Below, piece after piece: positions 40,176-53,696 of a stretch of DNA of 64,000 bases. Both the position numbers and the translations under genes were made by a program. Under the pieces are notes generated by a model, which was given only the letters and a program-made list of their open reading frames with translations, had not been told where the DNA came from and did no database searches. The stretch lies in assembly GCF_009914755.1 (NCBI RefSeq), contig NC_060932.1, one strand, 5' to 3'. How positions within the stretch are numbered: the first letter of the stretch is position 1; every line of letters begins with the position of its first letter. This DNA comes from the human T2T-CHM13v2.0 reference genome, Homo sapiens.

Positions 40176-43100
40176 AAAGACACATTTCTAGTGTCCTTAG
40201 CAGCCAATGGTAGGAGGAAAACTTGCAAGATGAGAGACCATGAGACAAATATGAGAGCAGGCAGAAGGCAGCCAGCGCCAGCACTGGAAGAAGGTGATAG
40301 GGGGAGGGATGCAGGCAGACCAGGGGCAGGTCTGAGCCAGAGCTCAGTGGTGATGCGGTGACCAGCTGGATTGGGACTGGGACACAACCTGATACTCAAA
40401 AGGGGAGGGCCTTGCAGGGGAATGGGCAGGTGTGTGGGGTTGCTGTGGGGCATGATGGATTCAGTTTTGATCTATTTGATGTGTTTAGTTAAAAAGTCTA
40501 CAGGGCCTGAGAGAGAGAGAGAGAGTGAGTTCTGGGGGTAACTGTGAATGTAAACAGAGTGCTGGTCTACCCGTGCTGCTGTTGGCTGAGGGATCCCAGA
40601 AAGCTCTTGCATTTTCCAGATAAGAGAACACTCTGTAACAGAGGCTCCACATCATCTCAGCTTTCCTGGATGACATAATGGCACTTCAGCATCTTCCATG
40701 GCCTTGGGGGACCTTACCGTGAGGCTCAATAGCTACTGTTGAGTTTGGACCAATCTTCTTTGGCCTTCTGATAAATCAGTACCCTCATTTTATGTCCTTT
40801 TTTCTTCTGGAAATCAAGTTGAACAATACCTCAAACAGAACAGCCATTTGAGTTACCTCACTGGTAAGTTTCCCAATGAAACCAGAAGACTAATTGCCAA
40901 ATCATAGGAGAGCAATATTGAACTCATTTTCTATCTTTTTCTGCAAATACTTGAATGGCATTTGGGTTTTCTAGGACTAGAAAGCCCCTTTCCCTTCCTC
41001 TCCTCCACTTTCTCCCGCCAAAAAATGTCTAGAAAGCCAAAGATTCTACACATTATTGTCCTTTTATAGATGAGAATATTAGAGTTTCCAGTCTTTCAAG
41101 AAAGAATGGGACTACAGGAAGGCCAAGAATAAAACGCAAGAAGCGACACTGTCAGGAGCACTCACAGGTGCTGCGGGCAAGTCACTCTTCCCCTGTGGGC
41201 CAGGGAACAGATAGGTAGAAATTTACGTAAGAAAAATCTGGGACTTTGGTTGAGGATGACCTGGGTCAAATCCCAGGTGGCCTCATACTATGTCAATGGA
41301 CTTGGACAATGGACTTCTCTCAGAGCCTCATTCCAGCTGCCATAAAACGGTTGGAGGCCCCTTCTTCAAATCACTACGTGTGAATTAAAGAAGTGTGAAC
41401 TAGGCCAGAACTCAGAGGACTTCACAAATGTTACTTTTCTTTCTTCTCATTTAATTGTTAACAAAATATCTAAACAACCAAATCATCTAATTATTAATGA
41501 GTAACAAATTAGTCAACAGACATAAATATTAACAACAAAATATGACTGTTCTCATTATTAGTAATGAAAACAAGTAATTAACCACTTATTAATTAACCAG
41601 TCCAATTACTAATGAAGAAACACTTGGTCCCTCTAATACTACAGTGACTATTTAATATGATTAGTAGTTACAATGATGATGCATGAATGACTAATTAACC
41701 TAATTATCATTAGTAAAGAATAATTATTCCTAATAACCACCTAGTTCCAATTGGATTTATAAAGTTAGATGGAATTTGAAGATGCATGAAAATTACTTGC
41801 ATAAATTAGCATGACAATCAAATTCCTTCGTGACTTGGACATGTTTATTTTGGGGGGAAGCAGTTCATAATTTGGGAGTCTTCCTCTGAGATGGTAGATC
41901 CCTGTGGCACTAACCCTATGACTTCCCACTTCAAGGGGTTTCTGCACAGAGGCCCAGGCCCACAGCCCACCCAGCCTCTTCTCGGGCCAAGCCCTCCCCT
42001 GCCTGCATTTCCACCAATTCAAGGGACTTTGTCCTGAGCACAGCACCAAGCCGCACTGCCTGCACATAAACACTTGGCCAGCCCAGACACCAGATTTCCA
42101 ATTTTCCTAAAAGGCTGCCAGGATACAGGAGTCACCACATAGGACATCATGGATGTATAGATTTATTGTAAAATTTTCTAGCAGGTGGAATATTTCATTC
42201 TGAAAGACAGGCATAAAAAGCATCTTATAGGATCCCAGCCACCCTGGGGCTTTGCACGCTCCAAGATGGCAGTGCTGGCTCTTCCCATAACGCAAAGCTA
42301 ATTAAACTCTCTGAGCTTGGTTTCTCTAGATTTTAAATGAGGGTAAGCAATTTTGCTCACAGGCAGTTATAAAGAATAGACACGATTATATATGAAAGCT
42401 AAAGAGAATGCTTGGCAACAGCAGAAACTAAACACACATGTTTCCCTTTACTTCTCCCCACTGCTCTTTCAGGGATAGGCTGCCATGGGATCAACCTCGG
42501 TTTTCCAGGTCAGTGTCAAGATCCTGCTCTGGGCCTCCACAGAGCCCTGACCTCCTCTCCAAAGCTCAGCTCAGTGGATTCTCCTTCCAGATTAATCCTG
42601 TGCTTTTGTTTGATGATGCTTTCACATCTTGAGGCCTTGTGGATGCAGGGAGGGCCTTCCCCTTCCAGGATTAGCTACCTAGAGATAGCAAAGGACTTGC
42701 TTGAGAGTAGGACCCTGATCTGCAAATTAGCCCATCCCTAGTCCACCTTCTTCAATCAGGCCCCTGTGGTGTGGGACAGGACACTACCTCTCTGCCCTAA
42801 ATCACCCCTGGACCAGGTACTAGACCGTGAGAAACCACCTGTACAGCTTGGAGCCTGCGGAAATTATTCAAACTGTCCAATCCTAAGCCTGCTCAGCAAC
42901 TGACCCTGCCTCGCCCTTGACCAGTAGTGGCTCCTGCCCAAGTTTGCCTTTCACCCTTTCTGCCTCCAAACTGCCTCTGTTGCTCCCCGAAAGCTCTGCG
43001 GGAAATAGACGCTCCCATCCATGGAAACTGTGAGGAGCAAAACTGTCTTCAATGACAGTCGTCTTCTGATCTGTTGGCCTCACCTTGCCTGAATAAATAT

Positions 43101-43403
43101 GAGATTTAGGGTTCAGATGAAAACACCTCCTCTATCTGTGTCTCTTTCTGGCCCATTAATGTACGAATTCTCATGGCATAGACTGCAGTTACTTAGATTT
43201 TACGTCCCCAGGGCTGAATTTGGTACCCAGTGCGTACTTAATAAAAAACTGTTGAATGAATAAATCCATGAATGAATAAGCAAATGCATGATAGTAAGCA
43301 GGAGAAAACAGAGGCCAGGCCCAGGCAAGGTAGACACATGGATATGTCAGGAAGGGTGAATTAGAGGAAATGGCTGAGATGCATAGAAACCCAGGCTCTG
43401 GCC

Positions 43404-44050
43404 GTGGAGAAACAGGAACGCTTTTACACTGTTGGTGGGAGTGTAAATTAGTTCAACCACTGTGGAAGACAGTGTGGCAATTCCTCAAGGATCTAGAACC
43501 AGAAATACCATTTGACCCAGCAATCCCATTACTGGGTATATACCCAAAGGATTATAAATCATTCTACCGTAAAGACACATGCACACGCATGTTTATTGCA
43601 GCACTATTTACAATAGCAAAGACTTGGAACCAACCCAAATGCCCATCAATGATAGACTGGATAAAGAAAAGGTAGCATATGGAAAACTATGCAGCCATAA
43701 AAAAGGATGAGTTCATGTCCTTTGTAGGGACATGGATGAAGCTGGAAATCATCATTCTCAGCAAACTAACACTGGAACAGAAAACCAAATACCACATGTT
43801 CTCACTCATAAGTGGGAGTTGAACAATGAGAACACATGGACACAGGGAGGGGAACATCACACACTGGGGCCTGTCAGTGGGTTGGGGGAAAGGGGAGGGA
43901 GAGCATTAGGACAAATACCTAATGCATGTGGGACTTAAAACCTAGATGACGGGTTGATAGGTGCAACAAACCACCATGGTACATGCATACCTACGTAACA
44001 AACCTGCACGTTCTGCACATGCATCCCAGAACTTACAGTAAAATAAAATT
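43404..44050 (+). mobile_element. 5'-truncated L1PA (~650 bp: ORF2 C-terminus plus 3'UTR)
   Basis: [21 protein letters not shown]...[15 protein letters not shown], then L1 3'UTR and A-rich tail. Confidence 0.93.
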
Positions 44051-46384
44051 AAACTTTGAAGAAAAAGAAACCTGGCCTCTTAGCGTAAGAGTGGCTGACC
44101 TGAACACAGCTTCGATTCCATCAGGCAGTGGCCCCATCCAGGCCACCAGGTGGTACATACTGCAAATGCTATATTGCCTGGTTCTGAACCACTGAGATCC
44201 CTGAACACATCAGGGTGCACAATTACAGGGTGCTACTCCCTGCCATGAAAGCCTGGTAATATTTATATCTATAGCACACAGCTCAATGTCTGGCCTTCAG
44301 TAAAGATTCACTGAATGAAAATGACTTCAAAGTTAAAAATGAAAGAACGAAATCTCTTTTCCCAGAAAACAAACAAAGAGTTGTAGGGGGAAAAATTATA
44401 GCTTAAAATAATTTGATCGAGCTGCATTGATGGTGAATTTTAAAATACACAAGGTTGACTCACTATGAAGCAAGGTAATAAAACATAAGGCAAAACCCAC
44501 TCTATTTTTCATTATTAATAGCAAAATGCCACAGTGAATGTGAAATCTTTAGAACACTGTGAATTATGATGGATCGTATATTCTTATTCCCTGCTGCATC
44601 CTGACCTGAGTGAAGGGTGCAGAAATGAAGTCTCAGATTGCATCCAAGGTGCCATCTTTCACTAGAGTGCTTTCATGTCAGCCAGTAGGAAAAACTGGCT
44701 TCTGAAGTGCAGTGAGCAGTGTTTTCGGGATGAGTGCCTCCCTGCCAACGAGGGACGGACAGTGTGACCGCCACCCCGGGGAATCTGGTGTGGAGGTGGG
44801 GCTGTCCAGTCCCGAGTGGTGCTGAAGCCAGCTGCTTTACCACAGCTCCAGGAGGACCAAACGGAAGAGCCCAGCAGTGACTTGTGCCCACCTGCTTGGT
44901 GCCAAAGAGGCCAGGGGAACAGGGACAGCCACATCTGTCTACCCCCTGTGCGCTATGCCTCAGGACCTCATTATCACCTCTCATAGTCACTGCTCTTCTC
45001 CTCAACCTTCAGGTGTGCCCTCCTTTTTTATGGCGAGAGCTGAGCACTGGGTTCCTTCTGTGCCTTCTGCTTGCTGATCCTGCTTCAGCATGAACTTACT
45101 GATGCCAGGGGAGGCCCAGATCAGGGGACAGGAGTGAAGCTTTGGTGGGTGGGGGGCTCAAAGAAAGGATGAAGGGAATTCTGTACACTGCAAAGGCCCG
45201 GCAGAGAGCTTCAGGGGCTTGCCATGTTTTGTCCACACTGTGGTACCCTGTGGGGGACCCATGGTGATGCTGCATTTGAAAATAAGGAAGACTAAGACAG
45301 TTTAGGGCCTCGGTCATGCAGGGAGGAAGGGATTTGAAGCCAGGCATCTGCCTAGCAGAGGGTGGCCCTGAGTGAAGCCCTCTGCGCCTGGAGCCTCACC
45401 CCTCATCTATGACATGGGGACAAGGACCCTGAGGGTGCCTATCTAGATGGGTGGGTGTCAGGATCCACATGGCCGGCACTAGGATGGCACAGCTGGACCT
45501 GTGGAAGCAGAGCCAAGTATGGCCTGTGGGAGTTGGGCCAAGTATGAGGACAGAGGAAGCTACACCAGAACTGAGTCCTAAGAGACCCAGAGAAGCTGGA
45601 AGAAGGAGGAGGAGGCAGAGAATCCAGGGAGCGAGAACAGCACCTGCCTAGGAACAGAGGCCTCTGAGACTGGGGCCCTAACCCCATCATTTTACAGATG
45701 GGGAAACTGAGGCCCCATCTCAGTTTGAGCAGGGGAAGGACTTGGCCAATGTCCCAGTGTTTTGGAGGACAGACTGAGACCCAAACCCAGGCCTCTTAGC
45801 TCCTATGATAGTGGCCGCCCTTTTGGTTTTCTGGCCTCTGTGGCTGATCCCCTTACAACTCTCACTGGGTTCATCTTCCTACCCCTGCTGCTCCATGCCC
45901 TGTGCTCCAGCGGCACCACATGCTGCTCCATTCCTGCCCAGCGCTGCGCTGCGGTCCACCAGGTCCCTGCAGAGCTGTGCCCCAGGGAAGGCCCTCCCTC
46001 CGCTCATTCCAGCCTGGCTGGCAGTGCCTTGTCTGCCAAGGCGAGACAAGCCTCTTCATGACTGATTTCCCCACCACCTCGTCCTGGGGTCCCCCTTCGC
46101 CTCCCAGCACTTCCCTTTCTCCTAGGACTGCTCATCACTTTTATCACCCCCATCTGCCTCCAGATGGAAATTCCTTCAGGATAGCCAACAATGGCCATTC
46201 AGCTCCCACACAGGACAGCACAGGAGGAGGGAGGGAGGACACGTGACCCACTGGCTGTTCTTTTTAATAGTTTGATGAGGTGACCAGCAGGATTCTGGCT
46301 GCCCACCTGAGAGCTGCTGCCTGGTCATTTATTTAATCAGAGAAAAGCAGCGTTGCTATGGAAGAGAATGTAAAAGGTAGTTAC

Positions 46385-46438
46385 CTGCAGCCCCAGCAAT
46401 CCAGGGATTCCAGGTGGTCCCATGTCACCTTTCTTCCC
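46385..46438 (-). CDS. COL22A1: Collagen exon GKKGDMGPPGIPGLLGLQ (54 nt)
   Basis: cag|GGG ... CAG|gtaact; Gly-X-Y; continues the frame of the 60.65 kb exon. Confidence 0.93.
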
Positions 46439-47799
46439 CTGAGTGTAAAAGAAGAAGCTAAAATTAACAAGCAGGCAATTGTCAACCAGAGGGGGTTTAA
46501 TAATGAGTCTCGGTGGACATTTGGGTCTTTATTACTCTCAACCTCCCAGATTAACAATTGTCCCTCAGGAGTGCCCCACAGAGGAACAATGTGGGATCAG
46601 AAAAAGGACTCAGGCTTTTTCTGAGGTCAGCAGTAAGGCTTGGGATCCCAGCTCTGTAACTTAAATGTGTTCGGTAACTCATGGACCCATGTTCAAAAGA
46701 TACAGAAAGGTATACCCAAGAAAAGTCTCCTTTTAATCCCAGTCTCAGCCACTCAGTTCCTTTCCTTGGAAACAACTAATCTTACTAGATGCTGGTTAAT
46801 TTTCCCAGAGAGATTTTATGCATTGGTAAGCCTTACACACGCACACACACCAACACACACACTCCCCCGTCCCCCGTTTCTTCACAGACTTCAGCATGCC
46901 ATTCAACCTGTTAAACTTTGCTTCTTTGTTTCCATTTAATTTATCTAAGCCACATCCCATATCACATGGAGAGTTGCTGGTATCCTTTATACAAGTGCAT
47001 GGTTTTCCCTGTGCAAATGAGGCATGATGCATTGAAACAACCCCCTCCTCGTGGCTAGGTAGGTTACTTAGGGCGTTTCTGCTCTTCTGCTGTGGGAATC
47101 CACGCTTCAGTGCATACATGTTCAGTATCCAGCAGGGTGATGTTGTGGGGTGACCTGAGGCCATCTCCTTAAATAGGGGTAAGGTGTGTGTTGGTTAGTT
47201 TAATTTACATAATGTGGTAATGGCATATATTGTATAACAGAGGTTATCTGAAGAACAGAATACAGCCCTTTTTGGCATTGTCCTGGTGGTTTTCTTGATT
47301 AAATAAAAGCACTACAATCAAGAATTGAAAGTAAAATAAGACCTTGATAAGATCTACATTTTTTTGAGTGTCTATTTCACGGCAAACTCTCTTTCTAGTT
47401 CTTCCCACCTGATCCTTTCCTAATTTACTCTGCAAGAGGACCCTGGAATGCCCATGTTCTCATCCCATTGACGAGTGTGCAAATCGAGGCTCAGACCTCA
47501 TGTCTCTCTTGTTGCACAGCTAGTAAGGGGCAGAGTTCAGATCACACCCAGTTCTATGCAGACTTGAAGCCTGTACCAATATTGCTGGCTTCTCAGGGCT
47601 CTGAAGAATTAAAAGGGATGCTTTCTACAAAATAACTCTAAGTGTATCTGTGAGATTGTAAAACTTGATATCGTCCTCTCCTCTCATTCAGCAACTCTGG
47701 CCCTCTTCTCTCTGCCCCTTGGTGACTCTTGCTTTTCTCTACTGTCCCGGAATCTCCAACTCAGGCACACCCTGGGAGCAACAGGGAGGATGGATTAAG

Positions 47800-48546
47800 G
47801 CTGTTCAAGTTGCTTCTCTCACTGCCCAGCATAACCCATAACATTGCCTTGGACCAGCCCACCATTCTCTCTCCCCAGAACCACTGCAGTAGCCTTCTAA
47901 ACAGTGCCTCCCTTAACACGCTTGGCCATTGCACTTTTCCCCTCAAAGCAGCCAGGATGATATCATTAAAACATAAATCATGTCACATCTCCTTTGCTCA
48001 AAACACTACAATGCCTCTCAGCTCACATAGAGCAGAACTTTAATGACCTCCAGCCTGCCCTCCATGACCTCATTTCCTCCAACCCTCTTCTCATTTCCAT
48101 GTACTTTTTTCCCACCTCCAGCCACAGTGGCCTCCCACCTCCACCTTGAATCTGCCAAATGCATTCCAAACTGAAGGTCTGTCCACTGGCGTTTCCTTCT
48201 GCCTGGGTTTGTTCCCCAGGTATCCACATAGATCAGTTTTTCAATTCAATTTTGTTTCTCCTGAAATGCTCCTTTAACTGAATGTCTTCTTTGGCCAGCC
48301 TCACCAGAATAGCACTCCCTCTGTCCCACTGTGTCTTCTCACGCTGCCGTAATTTCCTTAGTGCGGATCCTCACCAGATGCACCATTGGCGTTTGTGCTT
48401 ATTTATTGCATGTCTACCCCTACTGGGACACAAGCCATCTGAAAGTGGAGTCGGGCTCTGGTTTTGTTTGATGCTATATACTGTAGGCTCAGGACAGTGC
48501 CTGCCACACAGTGGACACTCAATAGACATTTGTGGGCTGAATAAAT
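47800..48546 (+). mobile_element. LINE-2 3' fragment
   Basis: Ends with L2-type terminus cagtgcctgccacacagtggacactcaatagacatttgtgggctgaataaat. Confidence 0.65.
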
Positions 48547-50654
48547 CATCCCTTTGAGAACTATGCAGTCCCAAGCCATGACGGTGGCACTGAGGATAGC
48601 AGTGAAAAGTTAGAGAAAAGTGATATCAGGGAGGAAGGGAAGATACAACTTGGAGATTTGTTGACTAGCAGAGAGAGTGAGTGAGCCTGGTTTAGAAGCC
48701 CCTGGATCCACACCTTTGAGCTGTGAACCCATCAGGCTGGAGGGTGCGATAATGTCTGGGTCACAATGAGTTTCTTGATACTTGCCAGGTAGAATTCAAG
48801 ATGTGGTCACAGATACCTTCAGAAGACAGCCAAGCCTTGGAGGCACTGGGTTTCTCCATCCATCTGATCCAGCTCTGATTAATGCAGACATCGGGAAGCT
48901 GATCATAAGACAGCTAAGAGTTGCCAGCTCCCCTTCCTCAGGGAAAGGAAACCAGACACCTTCCATTTTCTATCTAGACAGACACCCCCTCCAGTTGCTT
49001 CCAGGGGATTCTATAGAGAGTCACCGGTTATTTACAAGATGAATAAACCATTTTCCCTCAAGGTCAGTGGGAGGACCTGGTGAATAATCATCGGAAGTTA
49101 GAATCCAAGCCAGCAATGTAACTGTGTTGAGAGGAAAGACTGAAAGGAGAGATCGGAATATCTAATGGTTGGTAAGAAAGGATGAGAGAGAAGAGATGCA
49201 GAGGTCTGGGCCATGACTGAGCAGAATGACTCATTAAGATGCCGTTGTGGTCGGGGGATGAAGCATCAGTTCCCTCTCCAGGGTGACACAATCACCATTT
49301 GGGGATGCAGCAAGGTCTCAGCAGCAATCCGCTTCCTGAGCTGACCCCAGGATCTTATGTAACAACGTTACTCATGCTCAGGAAGGTGAACACCTAAGTT
49401 GACAACAGGACTTGTAAAAGGCATGAATTCAGGAGGTGTTCCTGTGCCAGGAAAGTTGAATCAATTGATCTGGAAGAGCAGATGTATGGGCAAGTAGGAG
49501 GCGCGTGGTAGACAAGAGAGAAATGCAAAGAAACACATCTATGGAAGCAGACACCATAAGCATTAGGTTTTCAGCAAGGAGAAAGAAACCAAAAAGGTGG
49601 CAAGAGGCCAGAGAAAGAAAAGTGTCAGAGCAGGTCTTTCATGGGTCATCCATGAAGGGGCATCATCCAGAGAAGCCTCAGGGTAACATCTCTCTGGCAT
49701 CTGTACCTTCCGCACCCCCAGCATCATGGGCCATTCCAGTGCCTCTCAAAGGTGGCCTTCCTTCCTGTAGCCACAGCCACAGGAACCCACCCTGTTCCCA
49801 GGCCCAGTATCTTCCTTCAGGCCCTCCTGGGCCAACCTCTGCAGGCATCTGAGCTGTTTGATTTGGAGATTCCTGGGGTTCTAACCTACCTTTTCAGTTT
49901 GGTGTCCAGGGTTCACACCATCATCTCCTAAGCAAGAGCCCAAATGGACTGCTTGGCTCAGCCCCAAATACCCACTTAGGACTTCTGATGCCTGAGACGT
50001 TGCCATTCTGCTCCCTCTGTCTGTAATCCTCCCTTCACATCTCAGCCCATCAAAATCACATCCCAGTTCAGTGCTACCTCTTCCATGAAGCTTGAGCAGA
50101 AATGACAACAGCTCAAATGATGAGAAATAAATACTTGAGTCATGGATTTCCTGGGGCCACCCAAGAGCTAACAAGTTAGAATTGCCGGGGTGGGGTACAA
50201 AGCTCCAAGTGAGTAGAATCAAAGGAATTCTCTGTGTTCTTTCTCCAACCCCTTTCCTCTATGATATTGTAAGGAAAAGAAGTTTAAATCTAAGGTACAT
50301 TGGAAGGATAAGCCATTTAACTTGCTGAGTCTTTGTTTTCCCACATGGAAGATTATAATCATGATAATTATTTCAAAAGATAATAGGAGAAGAAATGATT
50401 TAATATTTGAGGAAGTTATTTATAAAACACAATAAAGCATCCCTCAACTGTAACAGAGAGTGATGAGAATGAGGAGGAAGATGATAATGAATATGAGGAA
50501 GAAGAAATAGTAAGAGTCATATTCTGGCTCCTTTGTGTTCTTGTAGTGGGTGATAGACTGTGTGTCAAACAGATCTGGTTTCAAAATTCAACCACCTAGC
50601 AGTGCCACAGAGTTTAAATTGGATGACGCCCACAAAGTACTTAGTAATAGTGGT

Positions 50655-52735
50655 TATGGTGATGACAATGGTAGCAGTTGGTGATTTTGATGATAATAAT
50701 GGTGGTGGTGGCGGTGATGGGGTCTTGTGGTGGCATTGATGATGATGGCATTAATGGTTATGGTAGTGATGGAGTTGATGGTGATGGTGATGATGGTGGT
50801 GATGGTGATGATAGTAGTGATGGTGATGGTGATGGTAGAGTTGATGGTGATGGTGGAGTTGATGGTGATGGTGATGGTAGAGTTGATGGTGATGGTGGAG
50901 TTGATGGTGATGGTGATGGTAGAGTTGATGGTGATGGTGATGATGGTGATGATAGTAGCCATGGTGATGGTGATGGTGGAGTTGATAGTGATGGTGGTAG
51001 TGATTGTGATGATGGTGGAGTTGATGGTGATGGTGATGGTAAAGTTGATGATGGTAATAGTGATCGTGATGGTGATGGTGGAGTTGATGGTGATGGTGAT
51101 GATGGTGGTGATGGTGACGATAGTAGTGATGGTGATGGAGTTGATGGTGATGGTGGTAGTGATTGTGATGGTGATGGTGGAGTTGATGGTGATGGTGCTA
51201 GTGATCGTGATGGTGATGGTGGAGTTGATGGTGATGATGATGGTAGAGTTGATGATGATGGTAGTAGTGATTGTGATGGTGGAGTTGATGGTGATGGTAG
51301 AGTTGATGATGGTACTAGTGATTGTGATGGTGATGGTGGAGTTGATGGTGATGGTGATGGTAGAGTTGATGATGATGGTAGTAGTGATTGTGATGGTGGA
51401 GTTGATGAGGGTGATGGTGGTAGTGATAGTGATGATGATGGTGGAGTTGATGGTGATGGTGATGGTGGAGTTGAGGGTGATGGTGGTAGTGATTGTGATG
51501 GTGATGGTGGAGTTGATGGTGATGGTGCTAGTGATCGTGATGGTGATGGTGGAGTTGATGGTGATGATGATGGTAGAGTTGATGATGATGGTAGTAGTGA
51601 TTGTGATGGTGGAGTTGATGGTGATGGTAGAGTTGATGATGGTACTAGTGATTGTGATGGTGATGGTGGAGTTGATGGTGATGGTGATGGTAGAGTTGAT
51701 GATGATGGTAGTAGTGATTGTGATGGTGGAGTTGATGAGGGTGATGGTGGTAGTGATAGTGATGATGATGGTGGAGTTGATGGTGATGGTGATGGTGGAG
51801 TTGAGGGTGATGGTGGTAGTGATTGTGATGGTGATGGTGGAGTTGATGGTGATGGTGGTAGTGATCACGATGGTGATGGTGGAGTTGATGGTGATGATGA
51901 TGGTAGAGTTGACGATGATGGTAGTAGTGATTGTGATGGTGGAGTTGATGGTGATGGTGGTAGTGATTGTGATGGTGATGGTGGAGTTGATGGTGATGGT
52001 GATGGTGGAGTTGATGATGATGGTAGTAGTGATTGTGATGGTAGAGTTGATGATGATGGTAGTAGTGATTGTGATGGTAGAGTTGATGATGATGGTAGTA
52101 GTGATTGTGATGGTAATGGTGGAGTTGATGGTGATGGTGATGGTAGAGTTGATGATGATGGTAGTAGTGATTATGATGGTGGAGTTGATGATGATGGTAG
52201 TAGTGATTGTGATAGTAGAGTTGATGAGGGTGATGGTGGTAGTGATTGTGATGATGATGGTGGAGTTGATGGTGATGGTGATGGTGGAGTTGATGAGGGT
52301 GATGGTGGTAGTGATTGTGATGGTGATGGTGGAGTTGATGGTGATGGTGGTAGTGATCACGATGGTGATGGTGGAGTTGATGGTGATGATGATGGTAGAG
52401 TTGATGGTGATAGTAGTAGCGATTGTGATGGTGGAGTTGATGGTGATGGTGGTAGTGATTGTGATGATGATGGTGGAGATGATGGTGATGGTGTAGTTGA
52501 TGAGGGTGATGGTGGTAGTGATTGTGATGGTGATGGTGGAGTTGATGGTGATGGTGATGGTAGAGTTGATGATGGTAGTAGTGATTGTGATGGTGGAGTT
52601 GATGGTGATGGTGGTAGTGATCATGATGGTGATGGTGGAGTTGATGGTTTTGGTGGTAATGATGGTGATGGTGATGGTGGTGATCGTGGTGATGGTGATG
52701 GTGATGCTAACATTATTGGTGGCAGTGGTGATAGT
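50655..52735. repeat. ~2.1-kb complex (GAT/GGT)n triplet-based VNTR
   Basis: Continuous gatggt/gagtt/agtgattgt modules; internal 330-bp periodicity. Confidence 0.96.
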
Positions 52736-53657
52736 GGCAACTCTAGTAAAGGTAGATGTAGCAGCGGCTATGTAATCTCTGCAGTTTTGTCCCATAACTG
52801 GTTTCAAAGATTTGAGAAGTGCTAGAAAAAATAAATTTTGTAGCAATAAAGAGCTGTTTTACTAACGATAGGCCTGTTTCTTGTCATTTTTCTTTTCTTC
52901 TCTTTTAAATTGCTACCCAGCACAATATCTGGATTAAGTGTTTGTAATTTATCAAGAGGGCAGATTTTTCAAGCCATTCTGAATGCCAAGATGCTGAGCG
53001 GAACTGGTATTTCCAAGGTTGCCTGTCTGCCCATGGAGAGGAAGGAAGCCTATAAATTCAGAACAGCAATTCTCTCCCAGCCAGGATGAGTTAACAGAGT
53101 CATCTGAGGGGCCATTAACAGATAAAAGGATTGCTTGTGCAACTGATTCTAATATGTGCCGTATGGTCTTCTGCTCAGTTCCTGTTCTCCAGGCCTCAGA
53201 ATGTCAAACATGATTATTTTCTACTGGTTAGAGCTGAAACCAGGTGCGCAGGGAAAACCCAGGGTGTCCTGATATAAACCCTGGCTTCATGCCATGAAAT
53301 GAATCAAACAGTAGCCTAGGATCCAAACAACACTGTTACCACCTGGTAGAGCAGGAAAAGGCAGGAAAGAGATTTTAGAATGAAAAAGGAAAACGAATTC
53401 AACCTAGGCTGCCACTGCAAAAAAAGACTGGCCATGTTTCCTTCCTCAAATCTACTAGAAATCAGAGCTGGTGGGCCAGATAACCTTCAACAATAATGAG
53501 ACCCTTGGTTCCAAGCGAAAGGCAGGGATTAAGCTGATGTGTGCCCAGTGCATCCTATCGGACAGGCATGGTCAGGTATTGAGGGTCCTAGATCTATTCA
53601 AAGCATGCACAGCAAGGACAGTTAACTTCCATGTTAGAATTCTGATATGCACATGGA

Positions 53658-53696
53658 TACACACACACACACCACACACACACACACACACACACT
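53658..53696. repeat. Interrupted (CA)n microsatellite
   Basis: acacacacacacaccacacacacacacacacacac. Confidence 0.9.

Noticed and set aside
44835-44935. Minus-strand GCP-CSP-GLF-GTK...GPP-GAV|gtaaag, and plus-strand PGEQGQP, as further collagen relics
   Set aside because: Gly periodicity is broken, there is no convincing acceptor, and such short matches are expected in G/C-rich intron sequence
50654-52846. 730-, 715- and 589-aa ORFs (Thr/Ile, Gly/Asp, Met/Val rich); the Gly/Asp frame superficially resembles an acidic matrix protein
   Set aside because: Translations of a GAT/GGT repeat open on both strands; no Gly-X-Y periodicity, no exon boundaries, located in an intron
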